A DNA stretch of 60,275 bases from Anaerolineae bacterium (GCA_019912985.1 JAIOHN010000079.1:1-60275); one strand, 5' to 3'; counted from the first letter of the stretch, positions 38,806-48,269 are shown. The notes: a model not told the origin generated them from the sequence alone. A program made the numbers and translations.

Positions 38806-40962
38806 ATGAGTGAGGTTTGGAAGCAGGCCTGGGAAGACATTCTCAACTCGATACGAGGTGAAGCAAAATCGGAAGTATCTGTCTTGTCCGCAGTTTCCGA
38901 AGTCGTGTCGGATGGGCAGAAACTGGAAGCGGATGCCGCTGAACACCCCATTGAAGATGCCCCGTTAACGACAGTAGTTGTTTCTCCACAGGAAGCGGAT
39001 TCTGTTGCAGAGACACAGCCGGCACCAGCGCAGTCTATCAGCACAGAGAGGGAACCCGAAGTTCCTCCTACGGAAATCGAGACTGCGCGTCTGTGGCGGC
39101 GAATTCGAGAGAATGCCGTATTGCTAATCGCCATAGTGATCGTGGTGGCAGTGGTATGGATTTCGAGCCGCAGCGGTTCGCTTTCAGGGCCACAACCGCC
39201 CGCGCCCGATGTGATAGCCACATTCAACGGCGGGCAGATCACCATTGCCGACCTTGAAGCACATCTGGCTTTGCTCGCACCGGATGAAATCCAGGAGGGC
39301 ATGAGTTCACCATTTATCTTACAACTGATGGTGCAGCATATGGTGGCCGATGAACTTGCCAGGCAGTGGGCTGACAATCGCCAGCCGGACAACAACGAAA
39401 TGTTCGCTCATACAATGGAGCATATCACAGAAGACATCAACCTAACCTCGTTCGAATCGCAACTGCACGAGAACGCCGTGATGGTTGCCGAGAGTGAAAT
39501 CCAAAACTACTACTATGAAAATAGAGAGCAGTTTGGCGATCAAGCGCTGGACACAGTTCGTGAGACTATTCGTCAAACGTTGGTCGCTGAGCGCGAGCAG
39601 GGATATATTGAGGAATATGTACAGCGGCTGAAAGACAACGCATCGATAGCCCGTAACTTCGAGCTTTTGGATGTGCCTGCCCCGACTGAGGACGATTTAC
39701 GCAGCTACTATGACGAGAACGTAGCCCAATTCACCCTTCCCAAACAGGCAACCGTAGATGAGCTGGAATTTCCAATCGGACAGGATGAAAGCGTCGCGCG
39801 TCGGCAAGCGGAGGATGCCCTGTTGAGCCTTCGTTCCGGCGCGACGTTCGAGCAGGTTGCTCAGGAGAATACAAGCGTCATTCTCACTACAACTCTAAGC
39901 GTTCCAAAGGGTTCAAGGGAACTATCGTGGGAAACCACCGTTTTCGGGCTTACCGAAGGAGAGATTAGCAGTGTTTTCCGCGCTGGAAATTCATTTTATA
40001 TCGTGCGTCTCATAGACTTCGAGGATGAGCGCACCCAGACACTTGAGGAAGCCCGTAACCTGATCATGCCTGTTGTCCAGCAGCAGCAAACCGACATCTG
40101 GTTTCAGGAAAATGCGGATAGAACCCTGCTAACGATTAATGGCCGCAGATACACTGTAGGGCAGTTCTATCGGGAGTATCAAGAACTAGCACCGACAATC
40201 CAGGCACAGTTTTCCGGATCAGAAGGAATGCGTAACCTGGCGGAGAAGTTAATCGAGCGCCTGCTGCTGGTCGAGGACACCTACGATCAGCTTTTAGACT
40301 CGCAGAACCAACCGTTGATTGAGGATGCGCGCCTGGAAGTGCTCAAGCAGATGATGGATCAGGAGGATGTAGACGATCAAATTGAAGTCACGGATGAGGA
40401 AATGCGGCAGTTTTATGACGAGAACCAGGACTTGATGGCTCAACCCCCGGAAGCGCGCATTCGCTACATTCGTATCGGCTTAGGTTCGAGCGAGGACGAA
40501 GCACAGCGGGCGCGAGAACGGGCCGATGAAGCCTACAATCGGCTCGTTCCTGGGGCGCTGCAAAGTGGTGAAGACTTCGCTGCTATCGCCCGGGAATACT
40601 CAGAAGACCCGGAAACGGCAGCCAACGGCGGGGAATTTCCCGGTTGGATTGGGGAAAGCAATGATCTGCTGGCAGAAATCGAACTCCATCCATTTCACGA
40701 ACGGGTTTTGACATTACGGCCTGGTGAAATCAGCCCGATCTTCGAGTTTGGTGATAGTCTGTATATCGTTCAGGTGATTGAGCGCACTGAGCCGGAATCG
40801 TTGACATTCGAGCAAGCACGGCCCTACATTCAGGAAATTCTTTATCAGCAGGAACACGAAGCACTGACAGCTCAGCTAGAGAACACCCTACTCGAACAAG
40901 CCGGTCTCACGATCTATCCAGGTGTCCTAGAGTCCTATTTCAACCAGCGTCCCTCACCCTAA
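38806..40962 (+). CDS. membrane-anchored PpiD/SurA-like peptidyl-prolyl isomerase (parvulin domains)
   Basis: Acidic N-terminal region, one TM (AVLLIAIVIVVAVVWI), SurA-N-like region and PpiC-type segments (..GGEFPGWIGES...GEISPIFEFGDSLYIVQVIER). Confidence 0.75.
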   Translation: MSEVWKQAWEDILNSIRGEAKSEVSVLSAVSEVVSDGQKLEADAAEHPIEDAPLTTVVVSPQEADSVAETQPAPAQSISTEREPEVPPTEIETARLWRRIRENAVLLIAIVIVVAVVWISSRSGSLSGPQPPAPDVIATFNGGQITIADLEAHLALLAPDEIQEGMSSPFILQLMVQHMVADELARQWADNRQPDNNEMFAHTMEHITEDINLTSFESQLHENAVMVAESEIQNYYYENREQFGDQALDTVRETIRQTLVAEREQGYIEEYVQRLKDNASIARNFELLDVPAPTEDDLRSYYDENVAQFTLPKQATVDELEFPIGQDESVARRQAEDALLSLRSGATFEQVAQENTSVILTTTLSVPKGSRELSWETTVFGLTEGEISSVFRAGNSFYIVRLIDFEDERTQTLEEARNLIMPVVQQQQTDIWFQENADRTLLTINGRRYTVGQFYREYQELAPTIQAQFSGSEGMRNLAEKLIERLLLVEDTYDQLLDSQNQPLIEDARLEVLKQMMDQEDVDDQIEVTDEEMRQFYDENQDLMAQPPEARIRYIRIGLGSSEDEAQRARERADEAYNRLVPGALQSGEDFAAIAREYSEDPETAANGGEFPGWIGESNDLLAEIELHPFHERVLTLRPGEISPIFEFGDSLYIVQVIERTEPESLTFEQARPYIQEILYQQEHEALTAQLENTLLEQAGLTIYPGVLESYFNQRPSP

Positions 40963-41256
40963 ACATGGCTAGGATTCACCATCGGGCGCGGATGCAATCC
41001 ACAGATTATTAGGCTCACGACGCTCGTCGAGATCACCGAGCAGATGGCGATGCTTTGCTCGAAGCGGTTTGGACTATTCAGCGGGGATTATCATGAACAG
41101 GCAAGTATCCAAACACTGGTCGTCAAACGCTTCCTCCCTCATCAGCAAACTCAACCTTGTAACATGCATCACGAAACGGATTCATAGCAAAGCCGGCGTC
41201 CCTGAAAGTCAGTAAGCGGAGCCACGCCTGTGTTTGTCACATCGGACTTAGCACAG

Positions 41257-41484
41257 CTAATTACCCATATCAGGCATGTTTGATGGCATAGGTGTTAATG
41301 TTATCTGCATGTCGCTGGGGCGCTCCATGCCTGGCATGTTCATCGATCCATTATCAACGTCAACAACTTGCGTTTGATCGGCGGTATAAATCACCCAGAT
41401 CATATATAGAATGAGTCCCAACGCGAAAATCCAGCCGATTTTGAGACTCTTCTTTCCCCTTGGTCCATAGGTTGGTTGCCCCAT
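41257..41484 (-). CDS. small membrane protein with Met-rich C-terminal tail
   Basis: GAAGGAG RBS. One TM, then NGSMNMPGMERPSDMQITLTPMPSNMPDMGN. Confidence 0.5.
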   Translation of the reverse strand: MGQPTYGPRGKKSLKIGWIFALGLILYMIWVIYTADQTQVVDVDNGSMNMPGMERPSDMQITLTPMPSNMPDMGN

Positions 41485-41756
41485 ATCATTCTCGCTCCTT
41501 CAGCCTTTTAGAACGTTTTGATCTGCTTGGTAAAGCGTTCACACCTTCTGTTTAGCCTTCCTAATCTGCACAGGTTGCCGGTAATTAAGTTCAGATTTGG
41601 GATAAGTGGTGCAAAGTTGAGTAAAGCCGCCGGTGAGCAACGCGCGCTCCCATATTGGGTGGTACACCTTTATGCCGCCAACAAGCCAAGCAAGCTCACC
41701 TTGGATTGGCTTAAGATGTGATCAATTGGATTTAGTGTTCATACCTCAAGCCGTCA

Positions 41757-43511
41757 TCAATCTGGTTTGTCGCGCTCCACAGACACGAACTCAGCGCCAC
41801 TGATCACGTAAATTTCCCCCGCGTTTATCTGATCATTGTTTAAGCCATCTCCCCCCATTCCATTGGGAATGATATCTGGTACCTCGTCTCCATCCACATC
41901 GTAGACTGCCAGGCCATAAGCCATCATATCTTCTGCATCAGCGCCAATAACATAGGATATACGTAGATCTTCCAGATTGGATGGTAAAAGGATGTAACCG
42001 CCAGTATTTGGCAAATCGCCGAATTGACCGAAAATTACTGCGAGCATCCCTGCGTTCTGCCGAACCAGCAAATCGTACCCCACCGGATCATAATTGGGTG
42101 CCCCGTAGAACAAATCATCGATGCCATCACCGTCAATGTCTGCCAGTCGGAGAATGTCACCACCTTTGCTGTCGGGTTGGTCTGGATAGATTACCAATGC
42201 CTGATCCTGCGGTGGATTGGCAAGATCAATCATCCGTCCGGGAAACGGCTGTTTTCCATATATCACCCAGGCTTCACCGGCTGCTTCCATCCAATTGTTG
42301 AGACCAGCAGCAACTAAGGTACCCAGAACAAGGTCGTTCTTACCATCACCGTTCAGATCACCGATAGCGATTTCTTCACCCAGAAGATCGTTGGCATCAG
42401 CCCCGTAGACGACGGCCATTTGCTCGTTAATGGGCACGCCCGAATTGTCCAGCAACGAAGCGAGGTCAATGACTTCGCCTCTCAAACTTGAACGTCCAAA
42501 AATGATAAAAGTGTCTCCGCTGTTGAAACGAGCATTCCCTGGTCCATCGCCACCACCGAAATCCAGACCGCCTAGACCAGCAGAGCCACGCCAGAGCGCT
42601 GCACTGACAATCGCATCGTCATAGCCGTCATTATTGAGATCACCGCCAAGTGTGGTTGAACCCAGAAGATCGTCAGGATCGGCACCAATGATCCGTGTTG
42701 CAGTCGATGGGGGGTAGGCCATGTCAATTGGCGAGACGTAGTCATCCGTTAGATTACTGGAGCCATAAATAATCCATGCTTCGCCAGCGTTGATGCGGGC
42801 ACCAACTTCTCCATCGGCTTGATTCGCGCCAATGAGCAAATCGGCATAGCCATCCCCATCGAAATCCCCGCCATCCACCCAAATTCCAAAGCGATCTTCC
42901 CTGGCAGCACCGTAGAATGTAATGACATTAGCTGATGATGCGAGTAAATCCAGCGTGCTCTGATCAGCGAAATCTGAACTTCCCAAGACCAGGTAAGCGG
43001 CTCCCGCATTGGGCCGGACGCCACTGTGGCCGGCGCTGTTCTGCGCACCGAATAGCAAATCATCGTAGCCATCGTTGTTGAAGTCATCAACATACACTTG
43101 AGTACCAGCCATATCGTCTGCCCGCGCGCCATTTATGGTCAACACGATATGGGAAAGGCTGGTATTTTCCTCTAAAGCGATGCGTCCTCCTATTTGACAC
43201 AGGTTCATAATAATACGTAGATGGCCCGCGTTTGTCCGCAAGCCTTCACTCCCGAACACACTGGCATTTTGTCCGGCAACCGCGATATCACCGCAGCCAT
43301 TCCCATCAAAGTCACCGACAGCTAGGGGTTGTCCGGTTGTTGAGGATTGCGCGGGTGTATCGTAGAAGGTAAACATTCCAGTCTGTTCGGTGTCCTTAAG
43401 GTCCCAGGGCCGTCCACCAGATGGCTCATCCTCTGTCTGAGCACTGGTCCCGAATGTCCCGAAGAGGGCGCCGCAAAGTAACACAAGAATCAATGAATAT
43501 GTCTGCATCAT
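41757..43511 (-). CDS. secreted FG-GAP (integrin-alpha-like) repeat protein
   Basis: Signal peptide. Repeated FG..GD.(N/D)GDG.DD(L/I) units such as GDFDGNGCGDIAV, DFNNDGYDDLLFGA, GDFDGDGYADLLIGA and DLNGDGKNDLVLG. Confidence 0.85.
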   Translation of the reverse strand: MMQTYSLILVLLCGALFGTFGTSAQTEDEPSGGRPWDLKDTEQTGMFTFYDTPAQSSTTGQPLAVGDFDGNGCGDIAVAGQNASVFGSEGLRTNAGHLRIIMNLCQIGGRIALEENTSLSHIVLTINGARADDMAGTQVYVDDFNNDGYDDLLFGAQNSAGHSGVRPNAGAAYLVLGSSDFADQSTLDLLASSANVITFYGAAREDRFGIWVDGGDFDGDGYADLLIGANQADGEVGARINAGEAWIIYGSSNLTDDYVSPIDMAYPPSTATRIIGADPDDLLGSTTLGGDLNNDGYDDAIVSAALWRGSAGLGGLDFGGGDGPGNARFNSGDTFIIFGRSSLRGEVIDLASLLDNSGVPINEQMAVVYGADANDLLGEEIAIGDLNGDGKNDLVLGTLVAAGLNNWMEAAGEAWVIYGKQPFPGRMIDLANPPQDQALVIYPDQPDSKGGDILRLADIDGDGIDDLFYGAPNYDPVGYDLLVRQNAGMLAVIFGQFGDLPNTGGYILLPSNLEDLRISYVIGADAEDMMAYGLAVYDVDGDEVPDIIPNGMGGDGLNNDQINAGEIYVISGAEFVSVERDKPD

Positions 43512-43538
43512 AATGATAGACCTTGCTGTAAATGTGGA

Positions 43539-44546
43539 TTAAATGTTGATTCGATTGGCGAAGACAGCAATACGCTGTGTATTCACGCGATAGGGATAGC
43601 ATGAGATTAGGGTTGCAGTGGGACCATCACGAGTCTCCATGACGTACACATCACTGGGTTCGACTATTTGCCATCCCTGAATATCATAAGTGAAGGCTTG
43701 GGTCTGAGACTGTATCTGGAATTGATCGCCTGCCTCCAATTGATCCAGGTATCGGAATAGCTCACCATAGATATCATTGTGGGCCGCTAACACAACATTG
43801 CCCACGGGATCTGCAGGCGAAATGCCATTGGGGACTTGTCCAACGCCAAGTTTCAATGACTCCCAGTCAATGCCTTGTACGATAGTGCTATCAATGTTGA
43901 GTTTAGGAACCACCAACCGCAGGGCTGTTTCGTTGGTCACGGGCGGAGGCTGAATGGGCGGTGCGAAAATCTGATCTTGAACCAGGGGTATCAAATTATC
44001 GGGGATTTCGGCGAAGTTAAACTGGCTGCGGTTCTGATCATCCGGTGGTGTATGACCGCCGGGCAAAACGATTTGCTCAATTCGCAGTTGCGGTGTAGGG
44101 GCAATGGTTGGAAGGGCCGCTCGCTGCCAGGCATCTGCGGTGGATTGAGCAGCCGCTGTCTGATCTTCGACACGCTCAACGGAAATTGTAAGTAGAACAC
44201 CCAGGATGACAACCGCCATCACAGCGATAATTTCAACTGGCAGCAAGATGCGATGCAGAATCTCAAGCCACTGATTCTTTGTTCGTATAGTATTGGCAAA
44301 ATGATCTCGGCCTTCAATGAAAAAGTCTGACATATCCGGGTTCCCGTTGGTAACCTTCCCTGACGCATCGTCGAGCGCATGGCTGCCAAAAGGCGTATTG
44401 ATGGATGATAAAGCAACCTTCTCAACCATCGAATTATTGTGTTTATCCCCATAGAGCTGGCCTAAGCGGGCTTCACGACGCTTGATTGCCAGAACACGTT
44501 CTATTTCTTTTATTGATAACTCATCGATGGCGTGTTGGTCAGGCAT
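43539..44546 (-). CDS. sortase-family transpeptidase (membrane anchored, long N-terminal region)
   Basis: VVLAAHNDIYGELF (His), ATLISCYPY (TLxTC-type Cys) and a downstream Arg (NTQRIAVFA). Confidence 0.8.
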   Translation of the reverse strand: MPDQHAIDELSIKEIERVLAIKRREARLGQLYGDKHNNSMVEKVALSSINTPFGSHALDDASGKVTNGNPDMSDFFIEGRDHFANTIRTKNQWLEILHRILLPVEIIAVMAVVILGVLLTISVERVEDQTAAAQSTADAWQRAALPTIAPTPQLRIEQIVLPGGHTPPDDQNRSQFNFAEIPDNLIPLVQDQIFAPPIQPPPVTNETALRLVVPKLNIDSTIVQGIDWESLKLGVGQVPNGISPADPVGNVVLAAHNDIYGELFRYLDQLEAGDQFQIQSQTQAFTYDIQGWQIVEPSDVYVMETRDGPTATLISCYPYRVNTQRIAVFANRINI

Positions 44547-44567
44547 CCGGCTTCCTCTACAATCAAG

Positions 44568-44870
44568 TTATGGAACTTGCGTAACAATTGGCGTTTCTGT
44601 AGCTGGTATCACCGTCGGGAAGGATTGGGGAGATGCCAACAGCAGAGGATCGGTCAATAGGTCCTCCGGCGAAATACCGCCGGGAGTACGCGGCAGGGCA
44701 GTGGGTAATATGTCACCCGGCGCGCGCCGGCGAATAAGAAACGCCTCCATAAACGGCAGTACCGCCATGACCCGCTGCTGTTGTCCTGGAAGCAACACAC
44801 TCTGAAAAATGACGATAGCCACGACACTGCCAACGAAGATGAGCAGCACAAACAATATGATAAACTTCAA
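44568..44870 (-). CDS. small membrane-anchored Pro-rich protein
   Basis: N-terminal TM. Located between the Ldt and sortase genes. No family recognised. Confidence 0.45.
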   Translation of the reverse strand: MKFIILFVLLIFVGSVVAIVIFQSVLLPGQQQRVMAVLPFMEAFLIRRRAPGDILPTALPRTPGGISPEDLLTDPLLLASPQSFPTVIPATETPIVTQVP

Positions 44871-44962
44871 CCAACGGGGAGGCCGCTGCGTTCGTCTTCT
44901 GATATCGCCAGATTTGGTTTGCCTTGTCTTCAGATGCTCCGTAATTTCCTCACCCTAACCGG

Positions 44963-46678
44963 CTAAACCTGGCCGCCAAGAGTCTGACGCCCCAGATCAC
45001 TTTCAGGGCTGAATTCATCCGATATGATCTCGACGATGGTGCCTTCATCGGCCCAGTCATATAGCACCTTTGCCTCATCATCGCGTGACATCACACAACC
45101 CAGCGTATAGGGTGTGCCGACGCTGTTGCCGCCCAAGTAAGTGCCATCCGGCAGTAAAACCGCTCCATGAAAACCATTCACGAGGCCGGGCACAACTTCG
45201 TAAATGCCCATAAACCAGTTCATTTCCCACTGTCCGCAACCCGTCTCGCCACAAAGCGTGTAACTGCTGCCATAGGCAACCGGCTCATGGCTGAAAATCT
45301 GGTAAATACCGGGGGATGTAGGCGCAGAGGTGATGCCGGACGAGATGCGCCAGTTGAAGACTTCGACACCGTTTTCGTAGGCGACCATCGACTGTGTATC
45401 CAGATTAACGATGATCCGTTTACTGGCGACCGGATCAAGTGGAACGGTCGCGTCACGCGAGGGGATGCTCAAGGTGTCGCCGGGTGACAACTGGCTCAAG
45501 TCCCGCCCGGGATTGTTTTCTTCGATCAGAAAAAAAGGAAGGCCAGTCTTGCGCGCGATTCCATAGGCCGTATCGCCAGCAGCCACCGTATAGACTGTAG
45601 GGCGATGTCGGATACGAAACTGAACATTACTGCGTCTGCTTCTGAACGCCTCCTGGATTTCTTGCATAACTTTTGCTCTATCGAGGTACAGTTCCTTTTC
45701 TTGCTGATCCCTGGACTCATTTAGTGCGGTATTCAGGGCTTCAAGAAACGGTGCGAAAGTTTCTTCTCGCAAGGTCAGACCATCATGACGCACCTCTAGC
45801 CAGGATGTAAACGTATCACGGTCTGTGCGCCAATCGATGAATTCGTTTGTGAAGGGATCGTAACCCCGCATGGCGAACGGCTGGTTGGCAAGTTGGCGAG
45901 CATCTTCCAGATAGGGGATCGGATCGACCATATCGGGTTCCACCCTGTTGGTTACCAACTGTAGCCTGAGCCGCTGGGCTATTTCAACAGGTCCTTGTGT
46001 CAGAAGCTCCAGTGTCGCACCAACATCCAGCATCCGGCCATCACGTCCCGGTACGCCCACCAGTGCGTCGCCCTCCCATTTATATCCTGCATTGACTGGC
46101 GCGAAGCTCACTTCTTCCGAAATGGTCAGCAAGTACTCCTGAGCAGTCAAGTAATCGACCTCTACAACAGGTGGAACACCATTGCCGAAAGGGATGCCAG
46201 ACAGGCCAATGCCGAGCGCGGATTGGGCGGTTTGGCGCGCATCGAGCGACAGTCCCAATTGACTCGGACTGGCGGTCCATGTGCGATCCTCATCGACCAG
46301 TTGGATGCGCAAATCGTCATACCAGGCGTCGCGCAGAGCGGTTGCCGCTTCATCTACGGTCATGTCACCGATGTAAATGCCCACCACCCAGATATTAGGG
46401 AAAATACGGCCCGCCAGGAGATGGGCGGCGATATACAAGAATAGAGCGGTTACAGGAACAGCCAGTAGGGCTTTAGCGATCGTCGGATTGCGCTGAATAT
46501 ACCACAATCGATCCTGTACAAACCATATGGTTCGCTCAAATTTCGTTATATCCGGCACAGGCCGTCGCTTGACCATCGCTTCACGTTTACGCTCGCGGGC
46601 TATCTGCCGCTGACGGGCGCTACTGACATGATGCCGCCGAGTGACTTGCTCATTCATCTCTTGCTGCCTCCGGTTCAA
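44963..46678 (-). CDS. L,D-transpeptidase (YkuD) with LysM and N-terminal peptidoglycan-binding-like region
   Basis: LysM YTVAAGDTAYGIARKTGLPFFLIEENNPG...LSPGDTLSIP. YkuD IIVNLDTQSMVAYENG...GFHGAV...TLGCVMS. Confidence 0.85.
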   Translation of the reverse strand: MNRRQQEMNEQVTRRHHVSSARQRQIARERKREAMVKRRPVPDITKFERTIWFVQDRLWYIQRNPTIAKALLAVPVTALFLYIAAHLLAGRIFPNIWVVGIYIGDMTVDEAATALRDAWYDDLRIQLVDEDRTWTASPSQLGLSLDARQTAQSALGIGLSGIPFGNGVPPVVEVDYLTAQEYLLTISEEVSFAPVNAGYKWEGDALVGVPGRDGRMLDVGATLELLTQGPVEIAQRLRLQLVTNRVEPDMVDPIPYLEDARQLANQPFAMRGYDPFTNEFIDWRTDRDTFTSWLEVRHDGLTLREETFAPFLEALNTALNESRDQQEKELYLDRAKVMQEIQEAFRSRRSNVQFRIRHRPTVYTVAAGDTAYGIARKTGLPFFLIEENNPGRDLSQLSPGDTLSIPSRDATVPLDPVASKRIIVNLDTQSMVAYENGVEVFNWRISSGITSAPTSPGIYQIFSHEPVAYGSSYTLCGETGCGQWEMNWFMGIYEVVPGLVNGFHGAVLLPDGTYLGGNSVGTPYTLGCVMSRDDEAKVLYDWADEGTIVEIISDEFSPESDLGRQTLGGQV

Positions 46679-46793
46679 TAATCAGATTAGGCATGATGGG
46701 AGATTTGCACGCAGTGAAATCAAGATCAGTCGTGTACGTGAACAAAGGCATTAAACACTTCCACTACGAAATGACAGAGATATTTCTACTATG

Positions 46794-46835
46794 AAATTAG
46801 CCTATTCTAATCGTGATGCCATGCGCCATTTGGCG
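46794..46835 (-). promoter_or_regulatory. palindrome CGCCATTTGGCG + 24 nt + TAATTT on the minus strand (putative promoter of the Ldt-sortase-FG-GAP operon)
   Basis: Palindrome 46824-46835. The minus-strand hexamer TAATTT corresponds to plus coordinates 46794-46799, about 115 nt upstream of the start at 46678. Confidence 0.5.
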
Positions 46836-46871
46836 GGTTACGGTGGGAACCGACACTATGGGGTAGGGCTA

Positions 46872-46927
46872 ACTGGCAGGTGTAATGACATCGGGTTGGT
46901 TCAAATATGCATCGAGCACCTGCCAGT
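46872..46927. other. perfect 11-bp inverted repeat (ACTGGCAGGTG / CACCTGCCAGT) with a 34-nt loop
   Basis: Read directly. It lies in the 506-nt intergenic region between the two motif copies and has no flanking U-tract. Confidence 0.5.
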
Positions 46928-47073
46928 AGAGAATGACAACAGCTTCTTCAAGGGGACGGGTTTACGGCTGCCTGGTCAGTTCGGGGTGTTTCTGGTCAGA
47001 CAGGAATCTTTCTATATGAGACAAGCTTCTTCAAAAGCTGGAATTAAGCAGATAGCAGCGTGACACCCGGTCT

Positions 47074-47115
47074 GCAATATGGACACATCCCATATTCGTT
47101 ACATGCCAAATGGCA
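47074..47115 (-). promoter_or_regulatory. motif variant TGCCATTTGGCA + 24 nt + TATTGC on the minus strand
   Basis: Palindrome 47104-47115. The hexamer lacks the final T, so this is a weak candidate. Confidence 0.25.
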
Positions 47116-47184
47116 TATTTCTTGAAAAAATGGAAAAGCTGGCTGGCGCTCTGCCGAACCAGCCTTTCCAGTTCGATACTCTCG

Positions 47185-48042
47185 TTATGCTTCGTGCGCA
47201 GTCACATCAACGAAATCGCCGTGCCAGTGATGAAGCCAGACCTGTTCATTGTAGCCGTTTACGCTCAGCATTCCAATGATTTCGCCATCTTGCAGGACGT
47301 GAAGGGTGTAGTAGCCGTAAAAGGCATCCGCTTCGTCACTGGCCTGAGTTCCTGGAAGAACCTCATCCAGATAAAGTTGGGCTAGTTCGGTCGCCTGTTC
47401 GGACGATACCGGCATGTCATCACCACTGTCCGTTGGCCGGAACAAACCCATGCCGCGTGTCATCATACCATAACGCAGATTCCACATCATGTTAGGACCC
47501 GGTTCGCCGACAACGACGCCGGTCTGGGGATCGATGAGGAACTCGAACGCACCTTGCCCGGTCTCAGCCTCACGTGCCTGAGCATAGAAATGGTTGCTGA
47601 ACTGCATGACCTCTGCCAGTTCCAGGGGTTGCTCGCTCTCCCAGGTGCCGATATACGCCTGAGCCACCCCAACAGCTTCTTCCAGTGTCAGGGCATCACC
47701 TGCCGGTGCCAGGTCCGAGGGCGGAGTCCAGGCACCCATCATGCCGGTTCCAGGCCCAAAGCGCATAGTCGATTGATCGAAGCCCATCATGTTGTGCATC
47801 ATCATGCCATTCATGCGGCCCATCATCCCGCCCATCATGCCCATACCAAACATCCCCTGTTGAGCACAGGCTTCTGACAAATTAAGATCGCGCGTGCCTC
47901 GGCCCATCATGCCACCGAACATCTCATCGAAGCCACAGGGTGGGTTATCCGGTCCCTGAGCAGAGGCTGCCAGGACCCCCGATATCAGCACAGTGGCTAA
48001 GATCACGATGACCACAAGCGTGCTTTTGGACAGTTGCTTCAT
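47185..48042 (-). CDS. secreted Met/Gly-rich protein with PepSY-like domains
   Basis: Signal peptide. MFGGMMGRG...GMFGMGMMGGMMGRMNGMMMHNMMGF...GTGMMG tract. PepSY-like LTLEEAVGVAQAYIG... and FYGYYTLHVLQDGEIIGMLSVNGY. Confidence 0.75.
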   Translation of the reverse strand: MKQLSKSTLVVIVILATVLISGVLAASAQGPDNPPCGFDEMFGGMMGRGTRDLNLSEACAQQGMFGMGMMGGMMGRMNGMMMHNMMGFDQSTMRFGPGTGMMGAWTPPSDLAPAGDALTLEEAVGVAQAYIGTWESEQPLELAEVMQFSNHFYAQAREAETGQGAFEFLIDPQTGVVVGEPGPNMMWNLRYGMMTRGMGLFRPTDSGDDMPVSSEQATELAQLYLDEVLPGTQASDEADAFYGYYTLHVLQDGEIIGMLSVNGYNEQVWLHHWHGDFVDVTAHEA

Positions 48043-48269
48043 TGGTTTTTCTCCTTCAAGTTATCCAGGATCTTGTAATACTCATCGCTCGAGATTTCAC
48101 CACTTGCGTAGCGAGCTTTAGCGATGTCCTTCGGCGAACGCGGTTCGGAACTGATTTGCTGGTTCTGAGCGAACAGGGTTCGCAGGAACCAGACAGCCAG
48201 CACGATAATGGCAATCCAGAACACGATCATCCAGAAACCACCTCCCCACATATCAAATCCGTACATCAT
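48039..48269 (-). CDS. SHOCT-domain membrane protein
   Basis: TM helix plus C-terminal AKARYASGEISSDEYYKILDNLK. 4-nt overlap with the downstream gene. Confidence 0.75.
   Translation of the reverse strand: MMYGFDMWGGGFWMIVFWIAIIVLAVWFLRTLFAQNQQISSEPRSPKDIAKARYASGEISSDEYYKILDNLKEKNQ

Noticed and set aside
41757-43511. FG-GAP protein as the substrate of the adjacent sortase
   Set aside because: Its C-terminus lacks an LPXTG-like motif, a hydrophobic segment and a basic tail.
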